A stretch of 32,518 nucleotides of DNA from a virus (Duplodnaviria > Caudoviricetes), in the IMG/VR virus record IMGVR_UViG_3300042392_001542, positions 1 through 32,518 of that record; one strand, given 5' to 3'. The notes beneath the pieces are model-generated. The model did no database searches and had not been told where the DNA came from. It worked only from the letters and a program-made list of their open reading frames with translations. The translations under genes and the position numbers were made by a program. Numbering within the stretch: the stretch's first letter is position 1; each line of letters opens with the position of its first letter. This document shows, piece by piece, positions 26,304-32,518 of this stretch.

Positions 26304-29300
26304 ATGTCAGAAAACAAATACTCAAGTTTGCACGCACATTCCGACTATTCAAATCTCAAAGTTATTGATAGTATCAATAAAGTTGGCGATTTAATAGACG
26401 GTGCTTTCAACAAGGGCTTACATGCCATTGCGTTAACTGACCATGATACATTATCTGGTCACGTAAAAGCAGTTCAACATTTTAAGTCTAAGTATTTAGA
26501 CAAACCTTTTAAGCTTATCTTGGGAAACGAAATCTATCTTACAAGAGAAGGTTTAAATTCTGAGAACTATGAAAAAGGCGAAAAGTTTTATCATGTTCTT
26601 TTGCTTGCAAAAGATGCAGAAGGACATGAACAACTTCGCAAACTTTCATCGCGTGCTTGGTCACGCTCTTTTATTCGTGGTGTAATGAGAACGCCAACGT
26701 ATGGAAGCGATTTAAAAGAAGTCATTGGTTCAAACCCGGGACATCTTATCACAACAACAGCCTGCTTAGGTGGTGTAACCGGCAGTCTGTTTATTTCCTA
26801 TGGTGCGGCAGCTTTGGACGATATTGCTGCTCACTTAGAAAAGATGGGTCAACTCTTCGGTAAAGATAATTTCTTTATCGAAGTGCAGCCATCTATGGAC
26901 GAACAACAAATAGCTTATAATAAGTTCATGGTTGATAACTTCTGGGGTAAATACCCTTTTGTTTTTACCACGGACGCGCATTACTTAAACGAAGAAGATA
27001 AAGATTTACATGCTCAGTTTCTTAGCTCAGCATCTAATGGCGATAGAGACGCGGAAAACTTTTATGCGTCTGCTTTTGTCATGTCCGTACAACAAATCTT
27101 TGAACGTCTTAATTATTTTTCAGAAGATAAGCTTGAAGAGATGCGGCTAAATACTATTCGTATTGCTGACTCTGTTCAAACCTATGACTTAAAAAGTCCT
27201 CAAGTTGTTCCTACAGTTCCAGTTTTAATCACTAAAGACATAGAAAATAAACTAAGTGAATTAAGACTGCAAATCCCCACTAAATATAAATACATTCATA
27301 ATTATCTAAATGCTACAGAAACTCAAGACTTATTTTTTATATATAAAATATTTGAAGGCTTCGTCGCAAAGATAAATGTTTTCAATGAAGAATACCTACA
27401 ACGCTTTAACGATGAGTTAGAACAGGTTTGGGAAACTTCTATTACAATCAAACAACCATTATCTAAATACTTTGTTACGATGGCTAAAATGATTGACATC
27501 ATATGGGATGAAGGAGACTCTCTTTTAGGGGTTTCCCGTGGCTCTGCTGCCGGTTTCTTACTTAACTACTGTTTAGGTATTACCCAACTAGATCCGCTTC
27601 GCCAAGAGCTTATAATGCCCTATTGGCGCTTCATTCATAAAGATCGCCCAGAACTTCCTGATATTGATATTGATACTGAAGGCAGCAAACGAACACGAGT
27701 TTTTAATAAAGTAAAAGAATACTTTAACTCAATAGGTGGTGACGTTATTAACGTTTGCACCTTCGGTACTGAAAAATCTAAGTCAGCTATCCGTACTGCG
27801 GGTCGCGCACTTAACGTTGATGATGATGTTATATCATTTATCGTTTCAATGATTCCAAACGAAAGAGGCTTTGACTGGACTCTTGACCAATGTATGTATG
27901 GAGATGAAGACCATAAAGCAATTGCTAAGTTTCAAGAAGAAATGGGTAGAGAAAAATCCTTATGGAAACTCGCCTATAGTATTGAAGGACTTATTACTCG
28001 TTTAGGTGTTCACGCTTCTGGCGTTATCGCATTTAATGAAGACTTTACAAAACACAACTCGTTAATGAAAACTAGTCGTGGTGTTTTAGTATCTGCTTAT
28101 AATTTAGAAGATACTGAATACGCTGGTGGTTTAAAGTACGACTTTTTAACCATTAACGCATTAGATAAACTTCGCACAACAATGAACCTTCTTTTAGAAG
28201 ATGGTAAAATTCAATGGCAAGGAAATCTTAAAACTACTTACGACAAATATTTACTACCAAAAGAATTAGAATATAAAGATCCCAATATGTGGGCTATGGC
28301 TGGTCGCGGTGAAATTGTTGATTTATTTCAGTTCGACACAAGCGTTGGTTCACAAGCAATGCGGTCAATTAAGCCGCAATCTATTTCGCAACTTGCTATC
28401 GCAAACTCTTTAATGAGGCTTATGGCGCAGGATGAAAACGCTGAGTTACCACTTAATACTTATGTTAAGTTTAAAAACTCAGAAGTTATGTGGTATAGAG
28501 AATTAGAAAATAGCGGCATCAATAGTGATGAAGTTAAGATACTTGAAAAATATCTTAAACCATTATCTGGAGTTGCAGACTCTCAAGAATCAATCATGAT
28601 GATTGTTATGGACCCAAAGATTACAAACTTTTCTGTTGTTGAAGCTAACGGTCTTCGTAAAGCTATCGCTAAAAAGAAGTTTGATACCATCGATAAAATT
28701 AAAAAGATGTTCTATGAAAAAGGAAAAGAAATAGGCACAAGAAAGAAACTTCTAGATTATGTCTGGAGTGTTCAAGTTATGCGGCAAGCTGGTTACTCAT
28801 TTAGTGTTTTACACACGATGGGTTATTCGACTATCGCTTTACAAGAAATGAATATGGCCTACAAATTCCCCGTCATTTATTGGAATACTGCTTGCTTGTC
28901 TGTAAACGCAGGTGCGGTTAATGAAGAAGATTACGAAGACCTTATAGAAGAAGGTATCGTAGAAATTGAAGAAGACGATGAAAATAAACGTGAAGCAAAT
29001 AAAGTTCAATATGGTAAGGTCGCCGCAGCAATCGGTAAATTTAAAACTGAACTCGGCATGAAGATTGAGTTGCCAGATGTTAATCGCGCAAAGTTTGGAT
29101 TTACTCCAGACTCAGAAGCGAACGTTGTTTGGTTTGGTTTAAAAGGTATTTCCAGAATTGGTGATGACTTAATTAGAGAAATCATTAATAATCGTCCGTA
29201 TACTTCTGTTGATAACTTTATTGAGAAGTTAAATAAAACAGGAGCGAGAACTTTAGTAAGCAAAGATAGAATTATATCTTTAATCAAATCTGGCGCGTTT

Positions 29301-30224
29301 GATAAAATTGAAATGCGGCCTCGTGAAGAGATTATGGAAAGCTTTATTTTAAAAACTTATGACAAGAAAAATCGTATTACTTTACAAAATATAATGTCGC
29401 TTGTAAAATATGAGATGCTTCCTATTGAACTTGATTTAGAAAAAAGAGTATTTAACTTTACTAAGCATATTCGCAAGAGCAAACTTAAAGAGTATTATGT
29501 TCTTGATGAGTCTGCACAAGAATTCTATTTTGAAAACAACTTTGGTTTAGATATTGAAAACATCAAGCGCGGAGTTGAAATAGTTATGGCAATCGACGCT
29601 ATTAAGTGGGAAAAGATTTATGATAAGTATATGGAAAATGTTCGTAAGTTTATTGTAGAAAACCACGATAGATTGCTTGAAGAATATAATAAGAAAGCAT
29701 TTGAAGAAGAATGGAACAAGTATGCCGCAGGTAATGTTTTGCAATGGGAGCTAGAAGCTTTAAACTTCTATCATAGCGGTCATGAATTAAATGGCGTGGC
29801 TAAAACAATGCATCATGAAATTACTCCTATACAAAATATAAAAGAAGATGATGTAATCGGAACATTTAATATTGACGGCAAGTCTTTTCCTAAATATAAA
29901 ATTAGACATATTATAGGAACCGTATTAGATAAAGATAAGCTTAAGCACACTGTAACGCTTTCAACTCCTGAAGGTATTATTATGATTAAGGTTTATCGTT
30001 CCCAGTTTTCAAAGTATGACCAAGTTCTATCAACTGTGGCTGATGACGGCACTAAGAATTTAATTCAAGATAGCTTCTTTAAAAAAGGAGTTCATTTAAT
30101 GGTCACCGGAATTAAGCGTGGAGATATGTTTATTCCAAAGGTCTATAAAGAAGTTGGAACGGCACCTATTTTACAAATTGAAATCGAAGGTGGGAAGTTT
30201 AAAAACTTCTATGAAAAACTATGA
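26304..30224 (+). CDS. dnaE: DNA polymerase III alpha subunit (family C, YorL-like)
   Basis: PHP domain HAHSDYS, TDH, TDAHY; SRGSAAG, PDIDID catalytic motif, HASG, KYDFL, GYSFS..H, HhH GLKGISRIG. Confidence 0.95.
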   Translation: MSENKYSSLHAHSDYSNLKVIDSINKVGDLIDGAFNKGLHAIALTDHDTLSGHVKAVQHFKSKYLDKPFKLILGNEIYLTREGLNSENYEKGEKFYHVLLLAKDAEGHEQLRKLSSRAWSRSFIRGVMRTPTYGSDLKEVIGSNPGHLITTTACLGGVTGSLFISYGAAALDDIAAHLEKMGQLFGKDNFFIEVQPSMDEQQIAYNKFMVDNFWGKYPFVFTTDAHYLNEEDKDLHAQFLSSASNGDRDAENFYASAFVMSVQQIFERLNYFSEDKLEEMRLNTIRIADSVQTYDLKSPQVVPTVPVLITKDIENKLSELRLQIPTKYKYIHNYLNATETQDLFFIYKIFEGFVAKINVFNEEYLQRFNDELEQVWETSITIKQPLSKYFVTMAKMIDIIWDEGDSLLGVSRGSAAGFLLNYCLGITQLDPLRQELIMPYWRFIHKDRPELPDIDIDTEGSKRTRVFNKVKEYFNSIGGDVINVCTFGTEKSKSAIRTAGRALNVDDDVISFIVSMIPNERGFDWTLDQCMYGDEDHKAIAKFQEEMGREKSLWKLAYSIEGLITRLGVHASGVIAFNEDFTKHNSLMKTSRGVLVSAYNLEDTEYAGGLKYDFLTINALDKLRTTMNLLLEDGKIQWQGNLKTTYDKYLLPKELEYKDPNMWAMAGRGEIVDLFQFDTSVGSQAMRSIKPQSISQLAIANSLMRLMAQDENAELPLNTYVKFKNSEVMWYRELENSGINSDEVKILEKYLKPLSGVADSQESIMMIVMDPKITNFSVVEANGLRKAIAKKKFDTIDKIKKMFYEKGKEIGTRKKLLDYVWSVQVMRQAGYSFSVLHTMGYSTIALQEMNMAYKFPVIYWNTACLSVNAGAVNEEDYEDLIEEGIVEIEEDDENKREANKVQYGKVAAAIGKFKTELGMKIELPDVNRAKFGFTPDSEANVVWFGLKGISRIGDDLIREIINNRPYTSVDNFIEKLNKTGARTLVSKDRIISLIKSGAFDKIEMRPREEIMESFILKTYDKKNRITLQNIMSLVKYEMLPIELDLEKRVFNFTKHIRKSKLKEYYVLDESAQEFYFENNFGLDIENIKRGVEIVMAIDAIKWEKIYDKYMENVRKFIVENHDRLLEEYNKKAFEEEWNKYAAGNVLQWELEALNFYHSGHELNGVAKTMHHEITPIQNIKEDDVIGTFNIDGKSFPKYKIRHIIGTVLDKDKLKHTVTLSTPEGIIMIKVYRSQFSKYDQVLSTVADDGTKNLIQDSFFKKGVHLMVTGIKRGDMFIPKVYKEVGTAPILQIEIEGGKFKNFYEKL

Positions 30225-31423
30225 GAATAACAATTTGGGATATGGACTGGTTTAATAAACAAAGCTTTATACCTAATCACAAAGCACAAAAGATATCTTC
30301 CTTTCATAAACAAAAGGGAGATATCATTAACTTTGTTGAAGAAAGCGAACATTTGACTTTTGAGTATGATTTGTTGTATATTATAAGAGAGAAGAAAGCA
30401 ACGCCTTTTCCAGCTAGAAAATATATTGATAAACAAAATATCAAATTAGTTGGAGCAGATTTTGACTTTTATGATAATCACTGGGATCTAACTTCTGAAA
30501 TGAAGATGGTGCGGCCCGATTATTCTTTATATGAAGTACCTGAAAATAACGCATATGCTAATGCACATATTATTCAAATGCTCGATGGCACTAAGTTTCT
30601 TCCAGTTTGGCAAGACGCTACAAATGCCGCAGTATCAGGAAAACAAAAAACCTATATTGTAGATGAAAACATTTGGGACTTAAGTATTGAAGACTTAACA
30701 AAATACTTTGATTTAATTAAAGACTATAAAGATATTGCATTTGCTCATCCTATTAGTTTAAAAAGAATTACAACAGATAGGTTTTGGTCTAAATTTAAAA
30801 ACCTACACTTCCAAGGTGGAACAATATTTAAATTCAAAAATGACTTTGGTTCAGAATATTCTGAAGTTAAACAAATCGTAGATAAATTTAAAGAGTTTAA
30901 AGAATTGCATCCGCATATAGAAGTTCAAGGATTTCCAATCAAAGCAGTTATCTATGACCATTGGAAAGATAAAACTAACGGTATTAAAGATTTAAAGAGA
31001 TTGTTAAAGATTACTGACTACGCAAAAAGAAATAAAATACACGTAATCATTAAAACTCCAAAAGATAGAATGATTACTCCTTACTGGTTTTTCTTTGATA
31101 TGATGGAGAACTGGACTACAGAGTCACCATATATTTCTTACATAGAAATGATGTTGCTATCACTAACAAACAGAACTAAAACTAATTGGCAAGAAATATT
31201 AAACAATCCTATAAAATGGTCTGTTCCTCGCGTAGACTTTCTATTACATGTTATTACTAAATACCCAGAAATTCTATCCTATACAACAAGAAAATGGGGA
31301 GACAACAGTATTGACATAACCCATATCAACTTCAAGAAAGTGGTTGAGTTTACATACAACTTCGAGAAAGAGGATACATTAATCAAAATAGGGGAAGCAA
31401 TAAAACGAGGTGAAGAGTTATGA
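30221..31423 (+). CDS. radical-SAM-like protein lacking cysteines (degenerate)
   Basis: N-terminus resembles the phage radical SAM pattern D.D...PN...KIS..HK..GD and PDYSLY; no Cys in 400 aa; ATGA overlaps on both sides. Confidence 0.5.
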   Translation: MRITIWDMDWFNKQSFIPNHKAQKISSFHKQKGDIINFVEESEHLTFEYDLLYIIREKKATPFPARKYIDKQNIKLVGADFDFYDNHWDLTSEMKMVRPDYSLYEVPENNAYANAHIIQMLDGTKFLPVWQDATNAAVSGKQKTYIVDENIWDLSIEDLTKYFDLIKDYKDIAFAHPISLKRITTDRFWSKFKNLHFQGGTIFKFKNDFGSEYSEVKQIVDKFKEFKELHPHIEVQGFPIKAVIYDHWKDKTNGIKDLKRLLKITDYAKRNKIHVIIKTPKDRMITPYWFFFDMMENWTTESPYISYIEMMLLSLTNRTKTNWQEILNNPIKWSVPRVDFLLHVITKYPEILSYTTRKWGDNSIDITHINFKKVVEFTYNFEKEDTLIKIGEAIKRGEEL

Positions 31424-31992
31424 GGCTACTTTTTGTAGATATAGAAACAACAGGTTTTGATAGAAGATGGGACTCAATAATTGAAGTTGCGGCTATCTTA
31501 TACAATACTGACTTGAAAAAACAAATTATAACTTTTCATGAGTATATAAAACCATATAAAAAAATTCCAGAAGAAATAGAAAAGATTACCGGCATTACTA
31601 ATGCGCAAGTAGAGAGCTGTAGAGGCGAGTTTGAAGTTCTTAAGGACTTTATACAATTCGTTAAAGAATATGTCCCTGACGCAATTGTAGGGCATAATTA
31701 TGACGCTTTTGACGGTGAGTTCTTTAAAGCAAAAGCTTCATTTCATTTTCTAAACTGGCCTTTAATAAAAAGCATTGATACGCTAAAAGTTGCGCGCCAA
31801 GTTAAGGCACCGACAACAATGCTAACTGCAAGCGGAGCTCCTTCTTACAAACAACAATCTATTGCGGCTGGATATGGTTTAACATATCAAGCCCACTCAG
31901 CCATAGAAGATGTTAAAGCATTAATAGAAATATATAACAGAATGACTGGTACTCAACAACGTTCTGTAAAACGAAACCTATTAGGTTTCTAG
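31420..31992 (+). CDS. DnaQ/epsilon-like DEDDh 3'-5' exonuclease
   Basis: VDIETTG, ITGIT, GHNYDAFD, IDTL, HSAIEDV. Confidence 0.9.
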   Translation: MRLLFVDIETTGFDRRWDSIIEVAAILYNTDLKKQIITFHEYIKPYKKIPEEIEKITGITNAQVESCRGEFEVLKDFIQFVKEYVPDAIVGHNYDAFDGEFFKAKASFHFLNWPLIKSIDTLKVARQVKAPTTMLTASGAPSYKQQSIAAGYGLTYQAHSAIEDVKALIEIYNRMTGTQQRSVKRNLLGF

Positions 31993-32002
31993 AGGTGATA
32001 TT

Positions 32003-32182
32003 ATGAAATTAGACTTGAGTAAATTTACTAATCAGCAACTTGAAGATATGCTGGAAGAAAGAAAACGGGAAATAGGTATTTTAACTTTGAACCCAAAGCT
32101 TGCGGAAATATTAGAGGAAATTGAGGCAATAGAAATGTTCCTTCAAAAAGAACCTCAGGAGTCCGCTAATGGCAAAGCTTAG
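32003..32182 (+). CDS. small helical hypothetical protein (59 aa), not in the ORF track
   Basis: GAGGTG RBS, ATG 32003, MKLDLSKFTNQQLEDMLEE...GKA, TAG 32180-32182. Confidence 0.72.
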   Translation: MKLDLSKFTNQQLEDMLEERKREIGILTLNPKLAEILEEIEAIEMFLQKEPQESANGKA

Positions 32183-32518
32183 TGAAGAAAAGGTTATTGA
32201 TGAAATAGAAAGTAAAGGTTATATAGTTTTAGATTTACAAAACTATGAAACTATTAGAAGTCCTTTTGTTATCAAATGCCAAAATGAACATGTTCTAGAA
32301 ACAAACCTTTTCTCCTTTAGAAAAGATACTTTTAGATGTCCCAAGTGTGACGGCGGCGAAGTTAAAATAACTGCTTATCCACCAGAAAAAACTGGTTATA
32401 GAATTTTAGCTTTAGATAACGCAACAGAAAAACTTGGACTATCTATTTACGATAATGGCAAGTTAGTTTATTATCACCTACTTACTTTTAACGGTAATTT
32501 TGACTTCAGAATTACAAA
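32169..32518 (+). CDS. zinc-ribbon + RuvC-like Holliday junction resolvase, 3'-truncated
   Basis: AGGAG RBS, ATG 32169; CQNEH...CPKC followed by RILALDNATEKLGLSIY (RuvC motif I-like); frame open to the window end. Confidence 0.68.
   Translation, partial: MAKLSEEKVIDEIESKGYIVLDLQNYETIRSPFVIKCQNEHVLETNLFSFRKDTFRCPKCDGGEVKITAYPPEKTGYRILALDNATEKLGLSIYDNGKLVYYHLLTFNGNFDFRIT

Noticed and set aside
11270-30224. Inteins or self-splicing introns in nrdA, dnaB or dnaE
   Set aside because: Lengths are ordinary, frames are uninterrupted and no splice-junction or LAGLIDADG motifs were seen
274-31695. All minus-strand ORFs and the short alternative-frame plus-strand ORFs in the track (e.g. 4770-5183, 12990-13331, 17298-17609, 21444-21638, 26657-26863)
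   Set aside because: They shadow well-supported plus-strand genes and lack recognisable motifs
1-32518. Recoded stop codons (TGA=Trp or TAG reassignment)
   Set aside because: Genes are intact in code 11; TGA and TAG end genes at sensible junctions (ATGA overlaps at 17092, 30221, 31420) and Trp is TGG
1-32518. TGCGG as the Pasteurellaceae DNA uptake sequence AAGTGCGGT
   Set aside because: Flanking bases are variable; only the 5-mer is shared
1-32518. Ordinary bacterial chromosome segment (because of ssrA, gmk, rnhA, dnaE and phn)
   Set aside because: Single-strand dense layout, many small orphans, ATP-dependent ligase, phage-type helicase-primase-RecJ-DnaE synteny and no other translation or housekeeping operons; not fully excluded without structural genes

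Overview
A 32.5-kb, AT-rich (roughly one-third G+C by eye), entirely plus-strand, tightly packed segment best read as the DNA-metabolism and replication region of a large bacteriophage (or phage-like element) infecting a low-GC Bacillota host. It uses genetic code 11 and sigma-A-type promoters. No virion structural genes are in the window. From left to right it carries: small hypothetical genes; a pyrimidine-dimer glycosylase-like gene; a complete tmRNA (2722-3084); an unidentified structured RNA with its own promoter and terminator (about 4032-4228); guanylate kinase, a DEDDh exonuclease, RNase HI, a short UvrD-like helicase, an ATP-dependent ligase and thioredoxin; an NrdBi/NrdAi-type ribonucleotide reductase with the ATP-cone on the beta subunit; two inserted cargo units (a GC-rich lipoprotein and a full phnD-C-E-E ABC transporter), each preceded by a copy of the same ~95-nt two-hairpin+RBS element showing compensatory base changes; and an SPbeta yorF-yorL-like replication module (SSB-like, AAA_24, DnaB, primase, RecJ, dUTPase, DnaE). 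That module is followed by a cysteine-free radical-SAM-like protein, a DnaQ-like exonuclease and a truncated Zn-ribbon/RuvC-like gene. The most striking unexplained signals are a roughly 5-fold window-wide excess of TGCGG/CCGCA (hand count, absent from the foreign lipoprotein gene), the repeated cassette leader, and the orphan ncRNA. All family assignments come from motif recognition by eye; no searches were run.
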